Shown one piece after another: positions 35,603 through 44,514 of a DNA stretch of 56,464 nt. Positions within the stretch are counted from its first letter, which is position 1. Every line of letters starts with the position of its first letter. Made by a program: the position numbers and the translations under genes. The DNA is from an uncultured virus (IMG/VR IMGVR_UViG_3300046520_000318) (Duplodnaviria; Heunggongvirae; Uroviricota; Caudoviricetes). The stretch is taken from the IMG/VR virus record IMGVR_UViG_3300046520_000318, one strand, 5' to 3'. The notes beneath the pieces were generated by a model. It was not told the origin of the DNA. It saw only the letters and a program-made list of their open reading frames with translations, and did not search any database.

Positions 35603-35992
35603 ATGTCGAAGTTCAAAATTGCCCAGAATCCCACGTTCAAGGCGGACGTGGAGATCCCCCGCGTGGGCGGCGAGACGATCAAGGTTCCGTTCGTGTTCAA
35701 GTACCGCGACCGGAAGGAACTGGCCGCGCTGTTCGCCGGCTGGCAGCAATCAGCCAAGGATGAGCAGCAGCGCCTGAAGGATAAGGGCGACGACATCACT
35801 CTGATCGACATCACCGATTCGCACATCGAGCGCCAGATCGAGCAGGTTGGCGAGCTTGTCGCGGGGTGGGGATTCGACGACAAGCTGTCCTCCGAGAGCA
35901 TACGCGCCCTGGTTGAAACGTCGGCCGGAGCAGGTGATGCCATCGTCGCGGCCTACCAGAACGCCTTCGCTGTGACGCGACTGGGAAACTGA
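35603..35992 (+). CDS. Tail assembly chaperone (G-like)
   Basis: Between tail tube and tape measure; ends in slippery sequence. Confidence 0.85.
   Translation: MSKFKIAQNPTFKADVEIPRVGGETIKVPFVFKYRDRKELAALFAGWQQSAKDEQQRLKDKGDDITLIDITDSHIERQIEQVGELVAGWGFDDKLSSESIRALVETSAGAGDAIVAAYQNAFAVTRLGN
35983..35989 (+). other. -1 programmed frameshift site
   Basis: G GGA AAC directly before TGA; -1 frame is open into the next ORF. Confidence 0.8.
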
Positions 35993-36312
35993 AAGAGGTG
36001 GCGCAGGCGCTGTACTCGCCCGCGGCACCGCCCGAACAGCTTGCACTCTTCGGCCTTTCCGCCATGGATCTCGACGAGGAAGTCGAGGTGCTGCGGGACA
36101 ACTGGTCAGCATTCCGCGTCATGGAGGCCATGGGTACGCAATGGCGCACCGGCATGGGCGGCGCCACCGGCCTGGATTATGCCGTCGTATCCGCTGTCAT
36201 GTCGCTCGTCGGCATCCCCAAGAAAACAACCAAGCAGGTATTCCAAGACCTTCGGGTCATGGAGGCTGAAGCCTTGGCCGTGATGGCTGAAAACCGAGAC
36301 ACAGGCCCGTAG
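35989..36312 (+). CDS. Tail chaperone frameshift extension (T-like, DUF1799)
   Basis: TQWRTGMGGATGLDY...DLRVMEAEAL. Confidence 0.8.
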   Translation: MKEVAQALYSPAAPPEQLALFGLSAMDLDEEVEVLRDNWSAFRVMEAMGTQWRTGMGGATGLDYAVVSAVMSLVGIPKKTTKQVFQDLRVMEAEALAVMAENRDTGP

Positions 36313-36332
36313 CGGCATATCAAGGTGAATCA

Positions 36333-39300
36333 ATGGATATCGCATCGCTCGGCATCAGCATTGACACGTCGGACGTTGCGAAGGCATCCACTGACCTCGA
36401 CAAGTTGGTCGATGTGGGGGAGAAGGCCGAGAAAGCGGCGGATGGTGTCTCAACCGGCTTCAAGAAGACCGCCGATGCGGCTGACAAACTGGCCGAGGCC
36501 GAAACCCGGGCCGCGCAGGCGACAGCAGATGCCAAGGCGCGCTTGCTGGAGACGGCGAACACCTCGCTCAAAAACAGCGAGTACTACCAGCGGCTGACCA
36601 ATAGCGTGGCCAGCACTGCCAGCGCGATGGATGTCAGCCGCGATTCCACGGCAAGCCTGCTCGCGTTGCAGAAGCGCATGCAGGCCGAGTCCGATGCGCT
36701 GGTCGGCACGACGCAGAACAGCGCCAAGGCAGCCAAGGATGCAGCGGCGGCCACGGGTGTTCAGGCCGAGGGGCTGGATAAGCTCCTCAACAAGCTCAAC
36801 CCAGCCAGGAAGGCGCAGGCTGATCTGAATGACGATCTCAAGACGCTCAGCGCAGGATTCAAGGCCGGAAAGATCGACCTTGAGCAGTACACAGCAGAGG
36901 TTGGGAAGGTCAATGCCAAGATCCAAACGCTAAACGGTAACGGATCAGCCTTCGACAAGCTGAATCTTGGAACCCGACAAGCCCAGGAAAACGTTAGTCA
37001 GCTCGCGAATGCAATCGCTACGGGCGACTTGAACAGCGGTGCTCGCGCTATCGCTCAGGTAGGTGCGGGCGCAGGCTCCTCCGCCATACAGCTTGGCAAA
37101 ATGCTTCTGCCGGCCGCCGCCTTGGTCGCCGTACTTGGTTCTATCGCTCACGCATTTATCGATGCTGAGAGAGAGTCGTCTGCGTTCAACAAGGCGATTT
37201 TCGCTGGTGGCAACATTGCCGGGGTCTCATCACAACAGCTCCAGCAGATCGCCAAGGAAGCTGGAGACGTCACGCACAACTTCGCCGGCGCGAAGGATGC
37301 AGCGCTTGCTCTGGCCAGCAGCGGGAAGGTGACCCAGAGCCAACTGTTGAGCCTGACAGCAGCCGCAGCGGCAATCTCAACGCTGACCGGCAAGGGCGCT
37401 AACGAAGTAGCGACCTCTCTCGCTGGTCTTGGCTCTTCTGCATCTGAAGCGGCTGCGAAAATCAGCGAGCAGTACGGTTTGATCACATCAGACCAGTACC
37501 TAGCGATCAAGGCCGTTGAGGATAACGGCGACGCTCAGAAGGCCCTGGACGCCCTCAGTGAGGATCTAAACCAGAATGCTCAGGAGCGGCTGAAGCAATA
37601 CCGTGCATCGCTCTCTGACATAGAACTTGGTTGGGACGACATCAAGAACAGCATCACCCGCGCATACGCGGCGGTGAAATCCGAGGTGTTCCCTGATCTG
37701 GCCAAGCAGATCGAGATCGTTCAGCGCGTCCTGGACACTCGCAAGGCAGGTGGCGTGGCCGGCGCGCTCTCGAACGGCTTGAGCAGCCTAAACAGTGCGC
37801 TCGGGCTGGATGACGGCGACAACGACGATTCAACCGCGGCGCTGGAAAAGAAACTTGCCAGCCTGAAGACTAGGCAGAAGGCTAGCCAGGACGCAGCTTC
37901 TGCCACCGGAGAAGAAAACGCTGCCAACAAGGAGTTGATCGCTGTTCAGAGGGATCTGGATCGTCAGCTTGATAACGTGAATCCGCTCGCGAAGCGCGAA
38001 GCCGCGATCAAGAAGCTTAACGATCAATTCACCCAGCTATATCAGGACGCCGCGAAGACGGGCCAAAAGTCTCCGCTTCTTTCTGGCGTGGACTTCGACG
38101 GCAAAGCTTTCTCCGGCGGTGCCTATGACAAACTTCTGGCTGGCATAAACACCAAAAACAAAGACGCAAAAGGCCCGGCCAATCAACTGAACCTGACCGG
38201 GTTCAACGACGCTCAGAACAACCTCAAGTCCATCACAGGCTATTACCAGAACCTCGAAAAGGAGCTGGACTCAGCGCAAAAGGCCGGGCTGGTCTCGGCG
38301 GAGTCGTACAGCAGCCAGCGCGTCGCGATCGTTGAGCAGGAGAAGGGCGACCTCACCGCAGCCTACGAGGCTGAAATCGCCGCCCTGCAAGCGGTGCGAG
38401 ACAAGTCGTCGACCACGGGCGAACAGCGCATCCAGCTTGACCAAAAGATTGCCGATGCGCACTCGAGTATGGTCAAGGCGCAGAAAGACGCTGACAGCCA
38501 ACTGGAGGTTCTGGCCAACAACGAAACAGGCCGGATCGACAAGCAGACCCGCTCGATCGATCAGTATGTACAGGCGCTGGATCAGCAACAGAAGGCGCTT
38601 GAACTTGCCGGGCAGCGCGCGGTGCTGGGCGTGGGCCGCGGTGACAGGCAGAACGCACTCGATGGCCAACTGAACAGCCAGCAAGACCGGTTTGCTCAGC
38701 AAGCGCTCGACCTGGCAAACCAGAAGTCCGACCCGTCCCGGAACATGTCGGATGAGGAGTTCGCCAAAAAGTCCCAGGCTCTTGCCGACGCCAACAAAAA
38801 GGCAACCGACCAGATCCGGCAGAACTACGCGGATGTGCAGACCGCCCAGGGCGACTGGACTAACGGAGCAACCTCCGCTTGGGAAAACTACCTCGACAGC
38901 GCCAAGGATGTGGCCGGGCAAACCAAAACACTGTTCACCAATGCCTTTTCCAACATGGAAGATGCAGTGGCGAACTTCGCTCTCACCGGCAAGCTGTCGT
39001 TTTCGGATTTCACAAAATCGGTCATTTCTGATCTTGCTCGAATCGCCACAAGACAGGCGACTTCCGGGGTGCTCAGTACCCTGTTCGGAATCGGTGCGAC
39101 GGCTGCAGGCTCATACTCCGGCGGGGCTTCTACTGGCTCTGGCGCAAGTTCCGGCTTCGACTACAGCCTGGGTTCGGCATCCTCTGGACTTTCCTATGGT
39201 GGCGGTCGCGCCACTGGCGGCAATGTTGCGCCGAACTCGCTGTATCAGGTCAATGAAGTGGGTCCTGAGTTGTTCAATCAGGGCGGTAAGTCCTACCTGA

Positions 39301-39563
39301 TGACCGGAGCGAATGGAGGCAGCGTCACTCCGCTGGGCTCTGGTGCGGCCTCGGTTTCTGCTGGTGCCGGCGGATCTTCGCCGATTGCGGTCTCGATCCA
39401 AATCAGCGGCGATGGCACGTCTCAGGTAAGCAGCAATACCTCCGGCATGGAGCAGTTCGGCGCCGAGATTGGGCGATTTGTCGAGGCTCGCTACAAGCAA
39501 CTGGAAGCGAAGTCGCTTGGCCCGCAAGGGAATATTCGTAAAGCCATCAATGGGAGGGCGTAA
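36333..39563 (+). CDS. Tail tape measure protein
   Basis: 1076 aa, Ala-rich helical, lambda-H-like C-terminal region. Confidence 0.92.
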   Translation: MDIASLGISIDTSDVAKASTDLDKLVDVGEKAEKAADGVSTGFKKTADAADKLAEAETRAAQATADAKARLLETANTSLKNSEYYQRLTNSVASTASAMDVSRDSTASLLALQKRMQAESDALVGTTQNSAKAAKDAAAATGVQAEGLDKLLNKLNPARKAQADLNDDLKTLSAGFKAGKIDLEQYTAEVGKVNAKIQTLNGNGSAFDKLNLGTRQAQENVSQLANAIATGDLNSGARAIAQVGAGAGSSAIQLGKMLLPAAALVAVLGSIAHAFIDAERESSAFNKAIFAGGNIAGVSSQQLQQIAKEAGDVTHNFAGAKDAALALASSGKVTQSQLLSLTAAAAAISTLTGKGANEVATSLAGLGSSASEAAAKISEQYGLITSDQYLAIKAVEDNGDAQKALDALSEDLNQNAQERLKQYRASLSDIELGWDDIKNSITRAYAAVKSEVFPDLAKQIEIVQRVLDTRKAGGVAGALSNGLSSLNSALGLDDGDNDDSTAALEKKLASLKTRQKASQDAASATGEENAANKELIAVQRDLDRQLDNVNPLAKREAAIKKLNDQFTQLYQDAAKTGQKSPLLSGVDFDGKAFSGGAYDKLLAGINTKNKDAKGPANQLNLTGFNDAQNNLKSITGYYQNLEKELDSAQKAGLVSAESYSSQRVAIVEQEKGDLTAAYEAEIAALQAVRDKSSTTGEQRIQLDQKIADAHSSMVKAQKDADSQLEVLANNETGRIDKQTRSIDQYVQALDQQQKALELAGQRAVLGVGRGDRQNALDGQLNSQQDRFAQQALDLANQKSDPSRNMSDEEFAKKSQALADANKKATDQIRQNYADVQTAQGDWTNGATSAWENYLDSAKDVAGQTKTLFTNAFSNMEDAVANFALTGKLSFSDFTKSVISDLARIATRQATSGVLSTLFGIGATAAGSYSGGASTGSGASSGFDYSLGSASSGLSYGGGRATGGNVAPNSLYQVNEVGPELFNQGGKSYLMTGANGGSVTPLGSGAASVSAGAGGSSPIAVSIQISGDGTSQVSSNTSGMEQFGAEIGRFVEARYKQLEAKSLGPQGNIRKAINGRA

Positions 39564-39901
39564 TGGCTGACACATTCACCTGGCGCCCTAACAAGTCGGC
39601 GCCGGGCACATTCACGGAGCGCATCCGTTCCGCCCAGTTCGGTCAAGGCTACAAGCAGCGCGCGGCGGACGGGATCAATAACGAAACCCAGTCATGGAAC
39701 TTGACGTTTACCGGCGAGAAGGCGCGGATCGCCGCGATTCTCGCATTTCTTCGCGGCCAGAAGGGATACAAGGCTTTCATCTGGGCTACGCCATTCGACG
39801 GCCCCCTCTATTTCACTTGTGACACCTTTGCCCCTACGGATCTGGGCGGCAAGGCGTGGTCGCTGACTGCCACGTTCGAACAGACCTACCAGGTGAGCTG
39901 A
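39563..39901 (+). CDS. Minor tail protein M-like
   Basis: QFGQGYKQRAADGIN...LTATFEQ. Confidence 0.85.
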   Translation: MADTFTWRPNKSAPGTFTERIRSAQFGQGYKQRAADGINNETQSWNLTFTGEKARIAAILAFLRGQKGYKAFIWATPFDGPLYFTCDTFAPTDLGGKAWSLTATFEQTYQVS

Positions 39902-40599
39902 TGGCCGAGAGCATTTATGAAGATGTCCAGAAGCTTGAGGCCGGTCAGTACGTTGAACTGTTCGAGCTGGACCTGAGCGCGATCGCCGGCGACATCTACT
40001 ACTTCCACGGTTACACGAAGCTTGGCGCCATCACTTGGCAGGGCGTTGAGTACTCGCCGTGGCCGATCAAGGTCGACGGTATGGGCATGACCGGGGAAGG
40101 GCAGCAGAGCAACCCGACACTTGCCGTAGGCAACGTCACCGGATTCATCACCGCACTGTGTGCGACGTATCAGGACCTGGTCGACGCGAAGGTTGTTCGC
40201 CACCGGACGCTGGGACGCTACCTCGATGCTGTCAACTTCCCAGAGGGAAACCCTGAAGCGAATCCGGACGAGCATTTCACGGATGACGTCTACACCATCG
40301 ATCAGAAGCAAGCGGCGGACGCGTCGAACACGACGTTCGTTCTCAAGTCTCCGCTGATTGCGACCGATCGCAAGCTGCCAGGGCGCCAGATCGTTGCCAA
40401 CTGCTGCCAGTGGTTGGTGATCGGCGGATACCGGGGCGCCTACTGCGGCTACACAGGTTCGGCCTACTTCACAGACAAGGACGTTCCGACTGACGACCCT
40501 GCCAAGGACATGTGCTCCGGCACGCTCCTTGGCTGCAAGCTGCGCTTTGGCGCGAACAACCCGCTCCGCTACGGCTCATACCCGAGCGCAGGGTACTGA
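39901..40599 (+). CDS. Minor tail protein L-like
   Basis: VELFELDL; C-terminal Cys cluster CQW..YRG..CGY...C...LLGCKLRFG. Confidence 0.9.
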   Translation: MAESIYEDVQKLEAGQYVELFELDLSAIAGDIYYFHGYTKLGAITWQGVEYSPWPIKVDGMGMTGEGQQSNPTLAVGNVTGFITALCATYQDLVDAKVVRHRTLGRYLDAVNFPEGNPEANPDEHFTDDVYTIDQKQAADASNTTFVLKSPLIATDRKLPGRQIVANCCQWLVIGGYRGAYCGYTGSAYFTDKDVPTDDPAKDMCSGTLLGCKLRFGANNPLRYGSYPSAGY

Positions 40600-40607
40600 G
40601 GTGGTGG

Positions 40608-41375
40608 ATGAGGCTTTCGAAGGACACCGTCAAAGCGATCTATGACCACGCCCGGGCTTCGTCTCCCCAAGAGTGTTGCGGATTAATCATTCGCTCCGGC
40701 AGGGCGAACAAATATGTCCCGACCGCAAACTCCGCCGAGAAGCCGGAAGACGATTTCAAGATCAGCGCTGAATCATGGGCGCTTGCCGAAGACCAGGGCG
40801 AGATCATCGCCATCGTGCACAGCCATCCCGGACAGTCAGCGCGGCTCAGTCATGCAGATCGAGTATCGATGGAAGGAACTGGACTGCCTTGGCTGATCGT
40901 TGAAGTGCGTGGGGGTGAGCCGGTCAGCCATCTAATACATGAGCCGAGTGGCTATCAGGCGCCACTGATTGGGCGTCCATTCAGGCACGGGGTTCTCGAC
41001 TGCTACTCACTGGTGCGCGATTACTACCAGCGCGAGATGGGCATCACCCTGCCGGAATACGACCGCGAAGATGGGTGGTGGAACGAAGGGAAGGACCTTT
41101 ACACCGACAACTTCGAAGGTGCTGGCTTCGTCCAGGTCGGCCCGGCAGACCTGCATCAAGGCGATTTGATCCTGATGCAGGTTCGCTCGCCAGTCCCGAA
41201 TCACGCAGGCATCTACCTTGCGGATGGCATGCTCAAAACCGAGCCGGATCATCATCCGGTGCCGGGTTCGATCCTGCATCACCTGTACGGCCGTGACTCT
41301 AAACGTGATGTGTACGGCGGGTATTGGACCGAAGCAACACGCCTGACCCTCAGGCACAAAGACGCGAAACAGTGA
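40608..41375 (+). CDS. Tail assembly protein K-like (JAB + NlpC/P60)
   Basis: PQECCG, VHSHP, DCYSLVRDYY, NHAGIY. Confidence 0.9.
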   Translation: MRLSKDTVKAIYDHARASSPQECCGLIIRSGRANKYVPTANSAEKPEDDFKISAESWALAEDQGEIIAIVHSHPGQSARLSHADRVSMEGTGLPWLIVEVRGGEPVSHLIHEPSGYQAPLIGRPFRHGVLDCYSLVRDYYQREMGITLPEYDREDGWWNEGKDLYTDNFEGAGFVQVGPADLHQGDLILMQVRSPVPNHAGIYLADGMLKTEPDHHPVPGSILHHLYGRDSKRDVYGGYWTEATRLTLRHKDAKQ

Positions 41376-41398
41376 GCGGCTCTGCCGCGGGAGCATCC

Positions 41399-41617
41399 AT
41401 GAATCATCAGCAGGTAGAGCAACTTGAGAAGCGGTTAACCTGCATCGAAAATCTTCTGACGCACGTTCTTCACTGCTTGCTGGGCGCCGAGCGAAGTAGG
41501 ATCGAAATTTCTACAGAGCAGCGATCGGATCGAGATGCGCTGCTAGAAACGGCGATAAGAGGCATAACGACAAGTAGGCCGCTCAGCCCAGATAGAGGCG
41601 GTAAATATCCTTCTTGA
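41399..41617 (+). CDS. Possible small hypothetical protein
   Basis: GGGAG RBS; overlaps convergent gene by 35 nt. Confidence 0.3.
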   Translation: MNHQQVEQLEKRLTCIENLLTHVLHCLLGAERSRIEISTEQRSDRDALLETAIRGITTSRPLSPDRGGKYPS

Positions 41618-42059
41618 AGTCCATTATCAGCACGCCATGTTGTATAACATCCATGCCTATCAGAAAGTGCTGAGTTGCCGGACTATTACGTAACGAAGCC
41701 GAATACACACCGGTCTCTATTTGGACGGCTGCCTCAGGAAAAAATACATGACCCAAGTGCAAACCTCCTTGGGTTTCACCCGCCGTCGCGCCGTGAGTCA
41801 GGGCGGAAGCTACGTACGGCCAGCCAATCGCGCTGATCACATCAGGTGGCGCATAACAGCTGTCCGCTCCTGTATCGAGCAGTGCGTACACGGGTTCAAT
41901 GCCTTGAGGTGCGCGCAAGTTGGTGTGGTGGTTGGGATCATGCCGTAACACAACCAGTATTACCGGGCGGCCTGGTGGGCGTGGCGAGACCTCGCCTGCG
42001 TTGTTCATAAATTTTATTGGGGCGAATTTCAACCCCACGGGAGCCGATACATCACTCAC
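41583..42059 (-). CDS. Retropepsin-like aspartyl protease
   Basis: ALLDTGADSC and FLIGMDVI motifs; AGGAGG RBS before GTG. Confidence 0.8.
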   Translation of the reverse strand: MSDVSAPVGLKFAPIKFMNNAGEVSPRPPGRPVILVVLRHDPNHHTNLRAPQGIEPVYALLDTGADSCYAPPDVISAIGWPYVASALTHGATAGETQGGLHLGHVFFPEAAVQIETGVYSASLRNSPATQHFLIGMDVIQHGVLIMDFKKDIYRLYLG

Positions 42060-42267
42060 AATGACCTCCTAGGTCACATTGCCCCGGTCCATGGGCTTGC
42101 AGCCAACGGACCGAGGCGGTTCGTTGGAGGCGAAAAGCTACTACGCCGTGTATCGGATCTGTTACTGATCGTTTGTCCAGCGCTGGATGAGCAGACAGCC
42201 TTGCCGATCTCAAAGGAAAGAATATGATAATGGCCAGCTGACATTGGCCAGTCAAAGGACATGAACT

Positions 42268-42564
42268 ATGGCACTGCGCATCCGCAAATCGTTCAAGATC
42301 GCTCCTGGCATCCGCCTGAATGTCAGCAAAACCGGACTTAGCACTTCGGTAGGCGGAAAGGGCTTCACGACTAATCTCAGCAAAAAAGGTGCGCGCGTTA
42401 CCGCGGGGATACCAGGAACAGGTATTTCGACCTCAAAGCTCTACAAAACCCAAACGCCGCGGAACGTGAAGGTTTCGGTACCAGCTTCAAAGCCAGGCTT
42501 CGGGTCCTATTTCGTGATGGCTTTAATCACCATAGGTGTGCTCTGGACCATATTTCATAAGTGA
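42268..42564 (+). CDS. DUF4236 family protein with C-terminal TM
   Basis: RIRKSFKIAPGIRLNVSKTGLSTSVG...GIPGTGIS. Confidence 0.8.
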   Translation: MALRIRKSFKIAPGIRLNVSKTGLSTSVGGKGFTTNLSKKGARVTAGIPGTGISTSKLYKTQTPRNVKVSVPASKPGFGSYFVMALITIGVLWTIFHK

Positions 42565-42663
42565 GAGTTTATGCTGGCCAACGCCGGTATCGGCCTGAAA
42601 ATTCAAGCTAGTGCCTCGCACGCCGATAGCCCTGTACTGCATTCCGCAGTGCATGGAGGCGTT

Positions 42664-42795
42664 ATGAAGAAGCTCGCAATCGCTGGATTGGTGGTATTGT
42701 TATCGGTAGTTTCAGTATCTGCGTTGGCCTGTCCTAAAGGCACGCACCCAACTGGGGGAAGTGGGTCACACCACAAAGGTGGTACCTGTGTCTGA
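42664..42795 (+). CDS. Secreted 43-aa micropeptide
   Basis: GGAGG RBS; signal peptide ending ALA; mature CPKGTHPTGGSGSHHKGGTCV; own terminator. Confidence 0.65.
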   Translation: MKKLAIAGLVVLLSVVSVSALACPKGTHPTGGSGSHHKGGTCV

Positions 42796-42800
42796 TGATG

Positions 42801-42825
42801 AGCCCAGCCCCGCGCTGGGCTTTTT
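42801..42825 (+). terminator. Intrinsic terminator
   Basis: AGCCCAGC-CCCGC-GCTGGGCT followed by T-tract. Confidence 0.75.
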
Positions 42826-42855
42826 GTATCCGAGCATGACGGCAAATGGTCGACC

Positions 42856-43326
42856 CTAACGAAGACTGCGACGCGTCGGTTTTATCCTCGCGCGGAATTT
42901 AAGCAAATCGTCTACCTGTGAGGAGGCTCGCAGCCATGCAATCTCGAATCCCAATGCAGGGATCGCAGCGAACATACCGACTACAAAGGCCACGCGCGTC
43001 GACCCCATCCCTGGTGGCAATATCAAAAGCAATACTATGGTCGCGATGCCCACTACCATGAAGAGGATCAGCATCGCGTAGCTGAAGGCGATCCGTCTGT
43101 GTATGGCGACGCTGTCAAATCTAAGAGCCTTCACCCTTTTGAGGCGTTTTAGCTTCAAGGACTTGTACGCTGTTTGAATGCGTCCCTTCGTCCGCCCCAT
43201 CAGCGCCCGGAAGCCTATTGTTGCCCTTCGATAAAGTGATGGAAGGGCGGCGGCCAGCAAAATACCCATGATGGTGGAAACTGCGTTACTGAGCCACCAC
43301 TGAGGGTTAGCTGCCCACTCTTCCAT
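42856..43326 (-). CDS. Membrane hypothetical protein
   Basis: 156 aa, three hydrophobic segments, basic loop. Confidence 0.6.
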   Translation of the reverse strand: MEEWAANPQWWLSNAVSTIMGILLAAALPSLYRRATIGFRALMGRTKGRIQTAYKSLKLKRLKRVKALRFDSVAIHRRIAFSYAMLILFMVVGIATIVLLLILPPGMGSTRVAFVVGMFAAIPALGFEIAWLRASSQVDDLLKFRARIKPTRRSLR

Positions 43327-43436
43327 GAGAAATCCCCGGATCAGTCAAAAGCTCTGGAGCTTACAGCAAACCACGCGTTGTTCCAGACTCGTCGATGCAG
43401 ATGCTACCCTCGGCCCTTTCTCAATGAGGGATCATC

Positions 43437-43835
43437 ATGCGAATTCTGATTGGGGCACTTGCAGTCGCCCTGCTGGCCGGGTGCTCAACATCGCCGATAT
43501 CTCCGGAAGCTGCAGACCCAGTACCGGCAAAGAGGCTACATGGTTTCACGCAGCAGAGAGAATCCAAGCTGATCGTCACGCGCGACAGCGGAGCCTTTGG
43601 ATCAGGGGTGAATTACAGCTTGTACATCGATGGCGCCTTGGCTGCCGAGTTTGCTTCCGCAGAGGTTGCGACATTTGGACTAGCGCCAGGTAGGCATATC
43701 CTCGGTATCAAACCGAGCACGATGTTCTCTGGGACCATGCACGAGTCAGAGATAGACGTGAAGGGCGGTGAGACCATCCGACGCCGAATTTCGCTAGATG
43801 GGGGAGGATTTTACTTAACCCCAACAGCTTACTAA
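43437..43835 (+). CDS. Lipoprotein (candidate superinfection exclusion)
   Basis: Lipobox LLAGC; GAGGGA RBS; own terminator at 43839-43862. Confidence 0.75.
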   Translation: MRILIGALAVALLAGCSTSPISPEAADPVPAKRLHGFTQQRESKLIVTRDSGAFGSGVNYSLYIDGALAAEFASAEVATFGLAPGRHILGIKPSTMFSGTMHESEIDVKGGETIRRRISLDGGGFYLTPTAY

Positions 43836-43877
43836 CGCAAACCCGCCGAGGCGGGTTTTTTTACGCCTGGAGAAAAT

Positions 43878-44504
43878 ATGTCCGAACGAATCCGCACCAT
43901 CCGACTTCATGGCGAACTGGGCAAAAAATTTGGGAAAGAGCACTTTTTGGCCGTTAAATCTGCAGCTGAGGCCGTTCGGGCGCTCGGCGTTCTCTTCAAG
44001 GGCTTCAACCAATTTCTGGTTGAATCAAAAGCCAGGGGCTTAGCATTCGCCGTGTTCTACGGCAAACGCAATTTAAGCGAGGAGCAGCTAGGAGATCCGC
44101 CAAGTCACAATGAAATCCGGATCGCACCGGTAGTGCAAGGCAGCAAAAACGGCGGGGGGCTGCAAACCGTCATCGGGGTTGTGCTGATTGCTGTTGCGAG
44201 CTACTTCTCCGGAGGACTAGCTGGTGGAGGCGCGGCCGGAAGCGGATTATTTGCGGGTAGTGCTGCCTGGGGAGCAGTAGGGGCCGTGGGGATATCATTG
44301 GCCTTGGGTGGCGTAGCCCAAATGATTACCGGCACGCAAACCGGAATTGATAGCACCGAGGCGGCTGATAATCGTCCCAGCTACAACTTCTCAGGCATCA
44401 AAAACACCGTCACCCAAGGCAACCCGGTACCGCTGTGCTACGGCGAGATGACCGTGGGTTCCGCCATGATTTCACTGGGCATCGTCGCCGAAGACGAACA
44501 GTAA
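43878..44504 (+). CDS. Tail assembly protein I-like
   Basis: IRLHGELGKKFG, AEAVRAL, QGNPVPLCYGE. Confidence 0.9.
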   Translation: MSERIRTIRLHGELGKKFGKEHFLAVKSAAEAVRALGVLFKGFNQFLVESKARGLAFAVFYGKRNLSEEQLGDPPSHNEIRIAPVVQGSKNGGGLQTVIGVVLIAVASYFSGGLAGGGAAGSGLFAGSAAWGAVGAVGISLALGGVAQMITGTQTGIDSTEAADNRPSYNFSGIKNTVTQGNPVPLCYGEMTVGSAMISLGIVAEDEQ

Positions 44505-44514
44505 GGGCTTCCCA

